A stretch of 64,000 nt of DNA from Octopus sinensis (GCF_006345805.1 NC_043026.1:3720001-3784000), one strand, 5' to 3'; numbered from the stretch's first letter, positions 38,922-52,663 are shown. Notes: generated by a model not told the origin, from the sequence alone. Made by a program: numbers and translations.

Positions 38922-40369
38922 CTGGAAGTAGAAGAACAAAAAGGGGAGATTACTGCATTTGCAAACAGGACAAAGAAAGAGGGTCTCTACAAAGGGTTCT
39001 CCAAAACTTTTTTCTCTATGCATCCCTTTACTCTTTTACTCGTTTCAGTCATTTGACTCTGGCCATGCTGGAGCACCGCCTTTAATCGAGCAACTCGACC
39101 CCGGGACTTATTCTTTTGTAAGCCCAGTACTTATTCCATCGGTCTCTTTTGCCGAACTGCTAAGTGACGGGGACGTAAACACACCAGCAATGCTAGAGAG
39201 ACAAACACAGACACACAAACACACATACATATATATATACATATATACAACAGGCTTCTTTCAGTTTCCGTCTACCAAATCCACTCACAAGGCATTGGTC
39301 GGCCCGGGGCTATAGCAGAAGACACTTGCCCAAGATGCCACGCAGTGGGACTGAACCCGGAACAATATGGTTGGTTAGCAAGCTACTTACCACACAGCCA
39401 CTCCTGCGCCTATACTTTGATTACTATTTTATTCTGGCGGACCCTCCATAGTCAATGTTTAACCCTTTAGCATTTAAACCGGCCATATCCGGCCAAAAGT
39501 ATTCTGCCTGTTTTATGTTCAAACTGACCAGATTTGGTCTCTCACACCAACCCTACAATATCGTTTTAAAAATTAACAGCTACCTCATCAAAATCTCATA
39601 GCTACAAGATAATGCATGATTAGTTCAAAACAATATGGATAAAAAAAGATTAATTATATCAGAATAATGTGAACGCTAAAGGGTTAAAAACTAGCATTAG
39701 AGAAACCCCTTTCAAAAAAATGAAGGCAGGAAAAATACTTAGTGACATTTTGTCTGCCATGGTCAATTTTGCCTTTCATCCTTTCGGCAGGGATCGATAA
39801 ATTAAGTACCAGTTCACGAATGTGGTCCACAAATGTGCCACTTAAAAACACCCAGTCACACTGCAAAGTGGTCTGTGTTCTGAAGGGCATCCAGCTGTAA
39901 AAACCTTCCCAAAACTGACCTCGCCTGTGCTTGTGCCACGTAAGAAGCACTAAGTCCACTCTGCTGAGTGGTTGGTGTTAAGAAGGGCATACAGCTGTAG
40001 AAACTTTACCAGATCAGACTGAGCCTGGTGCAAACTCTGGCTCACCAGTCCTCAGTGAAACCATCCAACCCATACCAGCATAGAAAGCGGATGTTAAACG
40101 ACGATGATGATGATGATGATATATACACACACACACACACACACCTAGCAGAATCAACTTTGTTCCATGTAAAATGCACAAAGTCCACTCTGCTGAGTGG
40201 TTGGTGTGAGGAAGGGCCACCAGCTGTAAAAATCCTGCCAAAATAGTCACAGAAGTATGGTGCAGGCTTCTGCCTAGCTGGCTCTTGTGAAACCATCCCA
40301 CCCATGCTAGCATGGAAGGCGGACGTTAAATGATGACAATGACGACCCCGAAGCAATATCCTGGTAGAA

Positions 40370-41003
40370 TCGTTAGCAGGTCAGGCGAAATGCTTAGCGG
40401 TATTTCGTCTGCCGTTACGTTGTGAGTTCAAATTCCGCCGAGGTCGACTTTGCCTTTCATCCTTTCGGGGTCGATAAATTAAGTACCAGTTTTGCACTGG
40501 GATCGATGTAATCTGTTTCTTTATTGCCCACGAGGGGCTAAACATAGAGGGGACAAACAGATTAAGTCGATTACATCGACCCCAGTGCGTAACTGGTACT
40601 TAATTTATCGACCCCGAAAGGATGAAAGGCAAAGTCGACCTCGGCGGAATTTGAACTCAGAACGCAACGACAGACACAATACCGCTAAGCATTTCGCCCG
40701 GTGTGCTAACGTTTCTGCCAGCTCGCCGCCTTAAAGGGTCGATGTAATTGACTTAATACCTATGTCTGTCCTTGTTTGTCCCCCTCTGTGTTTAGCCCCT
40801 TGTGGGTAGTAAAGAAATAGGTATTTCGTCTGCTGTTACGTTCTGAGTTCAAATTCCGCCGAGGTCGACTTTGCCTTTCATCCTTTCGGGGTCGATAAAT
40901 TAAGTACCAGTTTCGCACTGGGGTCGATGTAATCGACTTAATCCCTTTGTCTGTCCTTGTTTGTCCCCTCTGTGTTTAGCCCCTTGTGGGCAATAAAGAA
41001 ATA
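40370..41003. mobile_element. Cluster of SINE family B copies in both orientations
   Basis: Plus copy ~40370-40515, minus copy ~40516-40730, tandem plus copies ~40735-41003. Confidence 0.75.
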
Positions 41004-41125
41004 AATATCCTGTGGCACACTTCCACAATATGAAAGCCTACTACTATAGCAGACCTTAGATTTGCACAATCAGGTCTTGCCTAAGGCTAGGTAATGACCA
41101 CCACCTAGCACAAAGACAGAAGGGG

Positions 41126-41160
<35 letters not shown>

Positions 41161-41593
41161 GGTGCAAACACTTCCTTCTCCAAATGATTTTCGAAAGAGA
41201 GAGGAAATGGCCTCCTCCAGTTTGTAACTACAAAGACTATTTTGGGGGATTTGTAACACAGAACTAATATAACTTTGATGTATACATAACAGCTTCCCTG
41301 TAGAGTTGACCAAATGCCATCACTGCATTGAAATGGTGGTAGTGGTGGTGGTAGGGCCATTCAGAAATAGAAAGATTCAGTGGATGGTTAGATAAACAAC
41401 AAGACATACAGAGCAGTGTATGTGTGCGCACATGTGCACAACTCCACACACACACACATACATACATGTGTGTGTGTGTGTGTGTGTGTTATATATATAT
41501 ATATAATATTATATATATATATATATATATACATATATGTGTGTGCATATATACATATATGTGTGTTGTATATATATATATACATATATGTGG

Positions 41594-41624
<31 letters not shown>

Positions 41625-41651
41625 GTGTGTGCATATATATATATACATATA

Positions 41652-41745
<94 letters not shown>

Positions 41746-41835
41746 GTGTGGTGTGTGTGTGTGTGTATACATAAATATTATATATGAGTGTGAGTGTGTA
41801 TACATATATATGAGTGTGAGTGTGTATATATATGA

Positions 41836-41872
<37 letters not shown>

Positions 41873-42300
41873 GTTGATTCAAATAAACAAATGAGTCAAA
41901 TAAATGGATAACAAAATAGAAAAGAAAAAAGAAGAAAAACAACAAACGTGAGGACGTGCACAAGAAGAACATCAATTTGACGCTTGGTGAAAGGAGATGC
42001 ATCTTTTATCTTTTACTTGTTTCAGTCATTTGATTGTGGCCATGCTGGGGCACCGCCTTGAAGGGTCTTAGTTGAACAAATCGACCCCCAGTACTGTGTT
42101 TTTTATGCCTAGAACTTATTCCGTTGTTCCTTTTGCTCAACTGCTAAGTTATGGGGACGTAAACACACCAACACCGGTTGCCAAGCAGTGGTGGGAGACA
42201 GACAAACACCAGACACAACACAACACACATAAGATATGGTATATATCTATATATATATCTATATATATTATATATATATATATATATTATATCTATATTC

Positions 42301-42340
<40 letters not shown>

Positions 42341-42704
42341 ATAATATATATATATATATAATATATATATATATATATCTTATATATATATATAATCTAT
42401 ATATCTATATATATATCATATAATATTATCTATATATATATCTATAATATATATATATCTATATATATATATATCTATATATATATATATATATCTATAT
42501 CTCTATATATTATATATCTATATATATATATATATCTATATATCTATATATAATATTATATATGTACGACGGGGCTTTCCAGTTTCCATTATACCAAATC
42601 CACTCACAAGGCTTTGGTCGGCCTGAGTCTCTATAGTAGAAGACACTTGTCCAAGGTGCCATGCAGAGGGACTGAACACAGAACCATGTGGTTGGTAAGC
42701 AAGC

Positions 42705-42743
<39 letters not shown>

Positions 42744-43030
42744 CTGTGTGAGGTAGAGGTTAAGAAACCAAGGGATAGTACCTATCCAATAAACTGCTGG
42801 TAATGTACCCAGTTATTCGTAGCCACATGCTGGTTATTGCATGGCAATCTTGCAACTGGGTATTATATCTGGGTGGGGTTAAAAGAGTGATTGACCCATG
42901 ATTTATACGGCAAATAAGAAAACAGAGAGGATATAAAGTCGACAGACAGCAGCCAGTAAACATGAGTGTTTACTGGTTGATGTCTGTCGGCTTTATACCC
43001 TCCCCGCTTTCTTATTTGCCATATATATAC

Positions 43031-43061
<31 letters not shown>

Positions 43062-43085
43062 ATTATATATATATATATTATATAT

Positions 43086-43130
<45 letters not shown>

Positions 43131-43357
43131 TCTTTATTTCTGTGTGAGTTAGAGGTTGAGAAACCAGACGCTATGATAGATCATTAGACCACTACACACA
43201 TTTTTTTTCTCTCCTTGTTTTTTCTGTGTCCCTTTCTGTAGAAGAGCGTAGGCTCGAATGTAAAAGACTTTTTTCTATTCCTGAGCGTTATACTAATACT
43301 TCTGTTTGCTTTGTATACCACCTGTCTTTGTATTTTGTTGTTTTTTTTGTAAATTCT

Positions 43358-43396
<39 letters not shown>

Positions 43397-44756
43397 CAAA
43401 AATCAAAATCAAATCAGATATCAGAAAGCAGAACCAAAATCAAAGTCGATCAACATCAATGGAAATTGCAGCTGTGATACCAGTGCCGGTGACAAGTAAG
43501 CGAACCATCCGATCGTGGCCGTTGCCAGTGCCGCGCCAATTGGCCTCCGTGCCAGTGGCATGTAAAAAGCACCATCCGTTCGTGGCCGTTGCCAGCCTCG
43601 CCTGACCCCATGCTGGTGGCACATAAAAAGCACCATCTGTTAGTGGCCATTTGCCAGCTCCGTCTGGCACCTGTGCGGGTGGCACGTAAAAAGCACCCAC
43701 TACACTCATGGAGTGGTTGGCGTTAGGAAGGGCATCCAGCCGTAGAAACATTGCCAGATCAGACTGGGCCTGATGCAGCCTTCTGGCTTCACAGACCCCA
43801 GTTGAACCGTCCAACCCATGCTAGCATGGAAAGTGGACACAATATGATGATGATGATGATATATATATATATATAGGAAGAATTCACGAAAAAAACAAAA
43901 GACGAAGACAGGTGGTGGAGGAAACAAACAGATGCAAAATCCTTAAAGCGAGGAACTTTGAAGCACCCCCTTCACATAGCGTAAACACGTAGAGGAAATA
44001 TTCAAACAGCATCACTATCTTTCCAAGTCCAACTGCATTTCACATCAAATTTTCGCTCCTCTAAAGATGTCTTGGTGTAGAAGTTAACCCACCTTGTTCG
44101 GTTACTCTCTCTTTACTCTTTTACTTGTTTCAGACATTTGACTGCGGCCATGCTGGAGCACCGCCTTTATAGTCGAGCAAATCGACCCTGGGACTTATTC
44201 TTTTGTAAGCCCAGTACTTATTCTATCGGTTTCTTTTGCCGAACCAGCATCGGTTGTCAAGCAATGTTGGGGGGACAAGCACACACACATATATATAAAC
44301 ATATATACGACAGGCTTCTTTCAGTTTCCTTCTACCAAATCCACTCACAAGGCATTGTTTGGCCCGGGGCTATAGCAGAAGACACTTGCCCAAGATGCCA
44401 CGCAGTGGGACTGAACCCGGAACCATGTGGTTGGTTAGCAAGCTACTTACCACACAGCCACTCCTATGCCTATTTATATACATATATACGACAGGCTTCT
44501 TTCAGTTTCCGTCTACCAAATCCACTCACAAGGCATTGGTTGGCCCGGGGCTATAGCAGAAGACACTTGCCCAAGATGCCACGCAGTGGGACTGAACCCG
44601 GAACCATGTGGTTGGTTAGCAAGCTACTTACCACACAGCCACTCCTGCGCCTGTAAATTTTGGTCTGAAAAAAAATGTCAATTTGTATGCCAGAAAATAC
44701 AGTACTCGCAGGTAACAAATGACCACGACAACACCTCAAGAAGAGACGAAACTTAC

Positions 44757-44941
44757 CTGCATCCATGAAGTCAACAGACTTTAGTAAGGCTACGGGATGG
44801 GGTAAACCCCCAGGTGATGCAGTAGTATAATTGGTAGAATCTGTAGGAGCAGTGTTTACAAACTCTGGATTTGTAGGTTCGTTAGGATAGCCCATTGTGA
44901 CACCGTTCGGTGCAGTGTATGCATATGATTGCTCTTGGTAT
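44757..44941 (-). CDS. HR3: HR3/ROR hinge exon (most 5' exon found)
   Basis: Pyrimidine tract plus cccgcag acceptor, gtaagt donor, 185 nt, phase 2-1; YQEQSYAYTAPNGVTMGYPNEP...LLKSVDFMDA. Phase fits the 38921 exon; assignment rests on splice signals and phase rather than recognised homology. Confidence 0.75.
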
Positions 44942-45119
44942 CTGCGGGATGAGAAAAGAACAGCAGAAAATTAAAATACTATTTTTTATTATATAATACA
45001 TCACTGAATTGAACTGAATGTTAATGAGTCTAAAAGAAAGATAATATACCACACACGTGTGTGTGTAAGTGTGATACCTGAAAAAAAGAAGCTTCAGTCC
45101 TCAATATTGTTGGAAATAT

Positions 45120-45544
45120 TGGATCTTTTCGGTTTGAACGGCAGTTTTTTCTAGCGGTGTCATATGAAATTGTCACCCATAATTATGACCCTAGTATCGA
45201 TCTATTGCATTTCAATGTTTTAGGATTAGAGTTATGGTTAGGGGTGGGGGGGAAGGGTATTTATTTTTCTTCACAAATGTAAATAAACCCAATCTGTTTC
45301 TTAAATGAGGGACATATTCATACGGCACAGAATGTTTTTTAACTCGATAAACATCATTGATTGGTTGAAATGGCAGAAATTGAAGAAAAAAAACAAAAAA
45401 TATCTTACAAACTATAGAATTTTCTCAATAAAGCCAAGAGAAAAAGATGTTTTATAAACACATTCTACCAGTATACGAAGTTTAAAATTTTTTAGTTAGG
45501 TGGAAATTATTTTTAAAAACTGCCGTTCAAACCAAAAAGATCCG
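45120..45544. mobile_element. TIR MITE with 6-bp TSD (AAATAT), same family as 31637-32502 in opposite orientation
   Basis: GGATCTTTTCGGTTTGAACGGCAGTTTTT...AAAAACTGCCGTTCAAACCAAAAAGATCC; AAATAT at 45114-45119 and 45545-45550. Confidence 0.8.
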
Positions 45545-46053
45545 AAATATTTATTAAATGACACAGGACACAGTTATGGAATAGTGAGAAACTCAGTCCG
45601 GTGTTTAAGTGTTCCAAAAACCACGTTTATTTAATATATATATTCTTTTACTTGTTTCAGTCATTTGACTGTGGCCATGCTGTACCACTGCCTTAAAGGG
45701 TTTTTTAGTCAAAGAAATTGACCGCAGGACTTATTCTTTGTAAGCCTAGTTCTTATTCTATTGATCTCTTTTGTGAAATCGCCAAGTTACGGGGACGTAA
45801 ACACATCAATATTGGTTGTCAAGCAATGGTAGGAGACAAACACCAACACAAAGACACACACACACACGTAAATATATATATATATACCTAAGTGCAGGCA
45901 TGGCTGTGTAGTAAGCAATTTCCTTCACAACCACATAGTAGCAGGTTCAATCCCAAAGTTTGGCACCCTGAGCAATTTTTCTTCAACTATAGCCTGGGGC
46001 CAACCAAAGCCTTGTGAGTGTATTTGGTAGACAGAAACTGAAAGAAGCCCATC

Positions 46054-46116
<63 letters not shown>

Positions 46117-46222
46117 GTGTGTGTATCTATGTGTTTCTTTATGTCTGTGTGTCCCTAACTGCCCCTTGACAAACAGTGCTGGTGTGGTTATGCCCCCGTT
46201 AATTTGTGACGGGGGGGGGTTA

Positions 46223-46561
46223 AAACAAAAATCTATTTCTTTATTACCCACAAGGGGCTAAACACAGAGAGGACAAACAAGGACAGACAAATGAATTAAG
46301 TCAATAATATCGACCCCAGTGCATAACTGGTACTTATTTAATTGACCCCGAAAGGATGAAGGGCAAAGTCGACCTCAGCGGAATTTGAACTCAGAACTTA
46401 ACGGCAGACGAAATACCTATTTCTTTACAACCCACAAGGGGCTAAACACAGAGGGGAGGACAGACAAATGGATTAAGTCAAATATCAACCCCAGTGCATA
46501 ACTGGTACTTATTTAATCGACTCCAAAAGGATGAAAGGCAAAGTCGACCTTGGCGGAATTT
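46223..46561 (-). mobile_element. Tandem SINE family B segments
   Basis: Two ~180-bp segments like those at 2821-3407. Confidence 0.75.
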
Positions 46562-47180
46562 GTGAAAACAAAAACATAGAATAAGTATCAGGCTTTAAAA
46601 AAAAAGGTGGGGAACTACTGGGGTCCATTTATTTGACTAAGAAAATTTTTCCGGGGCCCAGCATGGCCTCAGTCTAATGACCGAAACAAGTACAAAATTA
46701 AAAACAATAAAATCGAAGATACACAGACACATATGCACGTCAATGTATCAACAGAAATCTTGCCTGCGTTGCTAATACCCGTGTAATCTAGCAAGCAGTG
46801 ACAACAGTAACGAATGACAATATGCCACACACACACTCACACACGCACAGAGAGGATAGTTAACAAGTAGATTAGAAGAGGCATGTGACAATGCCACAAT
46901 GCAAAAGTTAAGTCCTGGCGACAGCCTGAACAACCTCCACACCAAGCAGAGGGAGACCGTGAATAAAGAGCAAGTGTTTCTGTGAGTGAGCGAGTGAGTG
47001 AGTGAGGGTGTGTATGCAGGTACGCGCATACACGGTCTCTCTCTCCCTTTATATATATATATATATATACTTTATTTAAAGCAGCAGTTTTTGCTAGCAA
47101 AAACTGTCCGCACATTACTCTACCACTGGTATTTGAGTACTCCTTTTTTCCACTTTGTTTCACATTTATGTGTTTACGCC

Positions 47181-47223
<43 letters not shown>

Positions 47224-47379
47224 TAGATAGATAGATAGATAGAAAGAGTCTATGTACATGTATGTGTGTATATATTTATATAGTGTAAGTGTATATATAT
47301 AGATAGTGTGCATATGTATTATATATAGTGTATATATGTATATATACAGTTTGTATATGTATATATTATGTGTGTATAG

Positions 47380-47410
<31 letters not shown>

Positions 47411-47932
47411 CTACACAGACACACACACCATATATATATATATATATATATAGTGTGTGTGTGTGTAGATATATATAGTATGTGTATATGTATATGTATA
47501 TATATATATGTGTGTGTGTGTATGTATACGTATACAGCGCGAGTGTAAGTGTCTCTCTCTCTATATATATACATACATATAGTGCACTAAGTCATTAGGC
47601 TGTGGCCATGCTGGGGCACTGCTCTTGAAGCTTTAGTCAAACAAATGAGACCCGAGTACTTGCTTTTCTTTTTCCTATAAGTCTGGTACTTACCCTTTCA
47701 GTTTCTTTCTTTCTTCCAAACCAACTAAGTTATGGGGACATCAAGAACCAACACCGGTTGTTAAGCAGCGGGGAAGGGGGGAGAAAGGGGTGACAAACTC
47801 AAGGCACGCACACACACACACACCATATATATGATTGGCATCTTTCAGTTTCTGTCTTCAATACCTTCATGGGGCATAATAATTTCAACACAGCCAACAG
47901 TTCCCCGTTTTGTCTGGAGCTTGCCTGGCTGT

Positions 47933-48280
47933 GTCTAACTGACTGTGTCTAACTAGTGTCTAACTGAGTGTGTCTAACTGACTTGTCTAACTAGTGTCTA
48001 ACTGACTGTATCTAACTAATGTCTAACTAGTGTCTAACTGAGTGTGTCTAACTGAATGTGTCTAACTGAATGTGTCTAACTAGTGTCTAACTGACTGTGT
48101 CTAACTAGTGTCTAACTGACTGTGTCTAACTAGTGTCTAACTGACTGTGTCTAACTGAGTGTGTCTAACTAGTGTCTAACTGACTTGTCTAACCAGTGTC
48201 TAACTGACTGTATCTAACTAATGTCTAACTAGTGTCTAACTGACTGTGTCTAACTAGTGTCTAACTGACTGTGTCTAACT
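47933..48280. repeat. Minisatellite of 28 GTCTAACT octamers with 3-6-nt linkers
   Basis: Hand count of 28 copies (3 with one mismatch); linkers AGT, GACTGT, GAGTGT, GAATGT, GACTT and AAT. Confidence 0.92.
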
Positions 48281-49447
48281 CAGTGGTTTTCAACCAGGGT
48301 TTCTCAGAACCTTAGGGTTCCGCCAGTACAGTCCAGGGGTTCCGCAAGAAGTTACAAAACTGCTAAAATCGGCAGTAATTTTTAATTCTCCTGTGCAGAT
48401 ATGTGTGCATAAGACTATTAAATTATTGCACAGAGGTTCCTCGAGCCAGTGGAATGTTTCCTTGGGGTTCCGCTCCAGCAAAATGATTGAAAAGCACTGG
48501 TCTAGTAACTGATAGTGTCTAACTCAGTGGTTTTCAACCAGGGTTCCGCCAGTACAGTCCAGGGGTTCCGCAAGAAGTTACAAAACTGCTAAAATCGGCA
48601 GTAATTTTTAATTCTCCTGTGCAGATATGTGTGCATAAGACTATTAAATCATTGCACAGGGGCTCCCCGAGCCAGTGGAATGTTTCCTTGGGGGTTCCGC
48701 TCCAGCAAAAAGATTGAAAAGCACTGGTTTAACTAGTGTCTAACTGACTGTGTCTAACTCAGTGGTTTTCAACCAGGGTTCCGCCAGTACAGTCCAGGCG
48801 TTCCGCAAGAAGTTACAAAACTGCTAAAATCGGCAGTAATTTTTTAGTCTCCTGTGCAGATATGTGTGCATAAGACTATCAAATTATTGCACAGGGGTTC
48901 CTCGAGCCAGTGGAATGTTTCCTTGGAGTTCCGCTCCAGCAAAAAGATTGAAAAGCACTGGTCTAACTAGTGTCTAACTGACTGTGTCTAACTCAGTGGT
49001 TTTCAACCAGGGTTCCGTGGAACCTTAGGGTTCAGCCAGTACAGTCCAGGGGTTCCGCAAGAAGTTACAAAACTGCTAAAATCGGCAGTAATTTTAAATT
49101 CTCCTGTGCAGATATGTGTGCATAAGACTATTAAATTATTGCACAGGGGTTCCTCGAGCCAGTGGAATGTTTCCTTGGGGGTTCCGCTCCAGCAAAAAGA
49201 TTGAAAAGCACTGGTCTAACTAGTGTCTAACTGACTGTGTCTAACTCAGTGGTTTTCAACCAGGGTTCCGCCAGTACAGTCCAGGGGTTCTGCAAGAAGT
49301 TACAAAACTGCTAAAATCGGCAGTAATTTTTAATTCCCCTGTGCAGATATGTGTGCATAAGACTATTAAATTATTGCACAGGGGTTCCTCGAGCCAGTGG
49401 AATGTTTCCTTGGGGTTCCGCTCCAGCAAAAAGATTGAAAAGCACTG
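48281..49447. mobile_element. Five tandem hAT-type MITEs (48281-48499, 48525-48726, 48760-48960, 48994-49213, 49247-49447)
   Basis: CAGTGGTTTTCAA...TTGAAAAGCACTG TIRs, flanked by the 8-mer GTCTAACT (exact at most junctions). CAG termini with an 8-bp TSD are typical of hAT. Confidence 0.85.
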
Positions 49448-49830
49448 GTCTAACTAGTGTCTAACTAGTTTCATTTGACCCTTTCGTGTTCAGATTATTC
49501 AATCAAACATAATGCCTATTGATTCCCATTGATTTGAATTAATCATGCATTATCTCATATCTTCAAGATCTTGATGGTGTAATTACTTAATGTAGAATAA
49601 CATTGTAGGGTAGGTGTGAGAGCATGGATCTGGTCAGTTTGAACATAAAACAGATTAAATATTTTGGCCGGATATGGCCGGTTTAAATACTAAAGGGTTA
49701 AGATGGAACTGGAGAAACCAAACTAAATATATATATCTAGTGTATGGATATGGAAAACTGAAAGATACACAGAGACAGGCGCAGGAGGGGCTGTGTTGGG
49801 TAAGTAGCTTGCTAACCAACCACATGGTTC

Positions 49831-49930
49831 NNNNNNNNNNNNNNNNNNNNNNNNNNNNNNNNNNNNNNNNNNNNNNNNNNNNNNNNNNNNNNNNNNNNNN
49901 NNNNNNNNNNNNNNNNNNNNNNNNNNNNNN
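49831..49930. other. Assembly gap (100 N)
   Basis: Run of N. A SINE head is cut on the left and a tandem array starts on the right. Confidence 1.
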
Positions 49931-50670
49931 TTTATAACATCCACACTCTCGGAGTGGTTGGCATTAGGAAGGGCATCCTGTTGCAGAAACTTTGCCAGAT
50001 CAGTTTGGAACCTGGTGCAGCCTTCTGGTTTGCCAGCCCTCAGTCAAACCGTCCAACCCATGCCCCACATGCATTTATAACATCCACACTCTCGGAGTGG
50101 TTGGCATTAGGAAGGGCATCCTGCTGTAGAAACTTTGCCAGATCAGTTTGGAACCTGGTGCAGCCTTCTGGTTTGCCAGCCCTCAGTCAAACCGTCCAAC
50201 CCATGCCCCACATGCATTTATAACATCCACACTCTCGGAGTGGTTGGCATTAGGAAGGGCATCCTGCTGTAGAAACTTTGCCAGATCAGTTTGGAGCCTG
50301 GTGCAGCCTTCTGGTTTGCCAGCCCTCAGTCAAACCGCCACCCATGCCCCACATGCATTTATAACATCCACACTCTCGGAGTGGTTGTCATTAGGAAGGG
50401 CATCCTGCTGTAGAAACTTTGCCAGATCAGTTTGGAGCCTGGTGCAGCCTTCTGGTTTGCCAGCCCTCAGTCAAACCGTCCAACCCATGCCCCACATGCA
50501 TTTATAACATCCACACTCTCGGAGTGGTTGTCATTAGGAAGGGCATCCTGCTGTAGAAACTTTGCCAGATCAGTTTGGAGCCTGGTGCAGCCTTCTGGTT
50601 TGCCAGCCCTCAGTCAAACCGTCCAACCCATGCCAGCAGGGAAAGCGGACGTTCAACAATCATGATGATG
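49931..50670 (+). repeat. 143-bp tandem array of the RTE 3' terminal segment, 5 copies, last copy with GAT tail
   Basis: TTTATAACATCCACACTCTCGGAG at 49931, 50074 and onward. Confidence 0.92.
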
Positions 50671-50804
50671 ATCACACACACACACACACACACACATGTA
50701 TATACACATGCTTACACACATATAGGCATACATCAACCAGCTTCTTTCAGTTTCCATCTCCCATACTTGATCAGGATTGACCTGGGGCTAAACACCAGCA
50801 GCAG

Positions 50805-51270
50805 GAGGCGCAATGGCCCAGTGGTTAGGGCAGTGGACTTGCGGTTGGAGGATCGCGGTTTCGATTCCCAGGCGGGCATTGTGTGTGTTTATTGAGCGAA
50901 AACACCTAAAGCTCCACGAGGCTCCGGCAGGGGGTGGTGGCGACCCCTGCTGTACTCTTTCACCATAACTTTCTCGTACTCTTTCTTCCTGTTTCTTGTC
51001 CCCGACTTCCTACACAAACGCTGAGCCTGGATGCGCATTCATCCATCCGTCGATGCTCTCAGTGTCGGTGGGGGTTGACTTGCTTTCTCTTCTGCGGGTC
51101 TTACGAATAGCAAAAGGACCACGTTTCGGACTTCTCCGAAACAAACAAACAGCAGCAACATCATTGTTCAATGACATGGTTAGTATGGGGCAGCCCTTCT
51201 GTTTGCGCAGGCCCTCAAGCTTACGCAGGGTTCTGCAGCTGACCCAGAGTTGCTGCTCCCGTAAAAGCAT
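50805..51270 (+). mobile_element. Family C SINE head with an atypical long 3' region
   Basis: Head and core match family C to ~50995, then the sequence diverges. The 3' limit is uncertain. Confidence 0.6.
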
Positions 51271-51319
51271 CACCTGGGGTGGGCTACCCCATCCCTGTCT
51301 GTGCTACTGTTGTTGTCAC

Positions 51320-51905
51320 TGTTACCACGCTACCACCACCAACAACAACAACTTCATCACCACTACCATCTTCGTAACCTGCCACCACCATCATCACCAC
51401 AGTCTTCACCACCATCTTCATCACCGTCATCATCTTCACTACCACCACCATCATCATCACCACCTTTGACACCATTACTACCATCATCATTAGCATCATC
51501 ACCACCATGCTCATTGGTACCACTGCCACCACCACCTTTGACATCATCATCATCACCACCACCACTACCAACACCGCCAATAACAGCAACAGCAATAGCA
51601 GCATCATCACAGCCATCAACAATAACACCATCATCATCACCACCAACACCACCATCATCATCATCATCATCATCACCACCACCAACACCACCGTCATCAT
51701 CATCATCATCATCACCACCAACACCACCGTCATCATCATCATCATCACCACCAACACCACCGTCATCATCATCATCATCACCACCAACACCACCGTCATC
51801 ATCATCATCATCACCACCAACACCACCGTCATCATCATCATCATCATCACCACAACCACCACCTGCACTCATCATCTTCATCATTAACAACACCACCACC
51901 ATCAA
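51320..51905. repeat. Compound (CAT/CAC/CAA)n trinucleotide repeat with ~30-33-nt higher-order unit
   Basis: ACCACCAACACCACCGTCATCATCATCATC is repeated. Confidence 0.9.
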
Positions 51906-52159
51906 CTGCTGTGTTAATCAATAAAGACCACACTAAGCCGATTAATGTTGTCAGTTTTAATTTTCAGATTAGCCTCCATGATTACCTGCAAATGTAGACA
52001 CACATACACGCATACATCAAACACACACACACACACACACACTGTGAGTGCATGGTGTTTGTTACCTGAGATACACCAACACATCATGTCTATGTGTGTA
52101 TACATATCTGTCTTCGTATATATATATATATATATATATATTAATATATATATATATAT

Positions 52160-52162
52160 TAT

Positions 52163-52227
<65 letters not shown>

Positions 52228-52242
52228 GTGTGTGTGTGTGTG

Positions 52243-52285
<43 letters not shown>

Positions 52286-52632
52286 GTGTGTGTGTGTGTG
52301 TATATATATATGTGTGTGTGTGTGTGTATATATATATGTGTGTGTGTGTGTGTATATATATGTGTGTGTGTGTGTGTATATATATATGTGTGTGTGTGTG
52401 TGTGTATATATATATGTGTGTGTGTGTGTATATATATATGTGTGTGTGTGTGTATATATATATATGTGTGGTGTGTATGTATATATATGTGTGTGGTGTT
52501 GTATATATTAATGTGTGTGGTGTGTGTAATATATGTGTGTGGTGTGTGTTATATATATATGTGTGTGTGTGTGTGTATAATATAGTGTGTGTGTGGTTGT
52601 AATATAATATGGTGTGTGTGTGTATATATATA

Positions 52633-52663
<31 letters not shown>

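Noticed and set aside
41056-41313. ORF with SYKLEEAISSLFRK as candidate HR3 helix 1
   Set aside because: The true helix-1 exon (AHLRTC) is at 38800-38921 with correct phases and strong splice sites.
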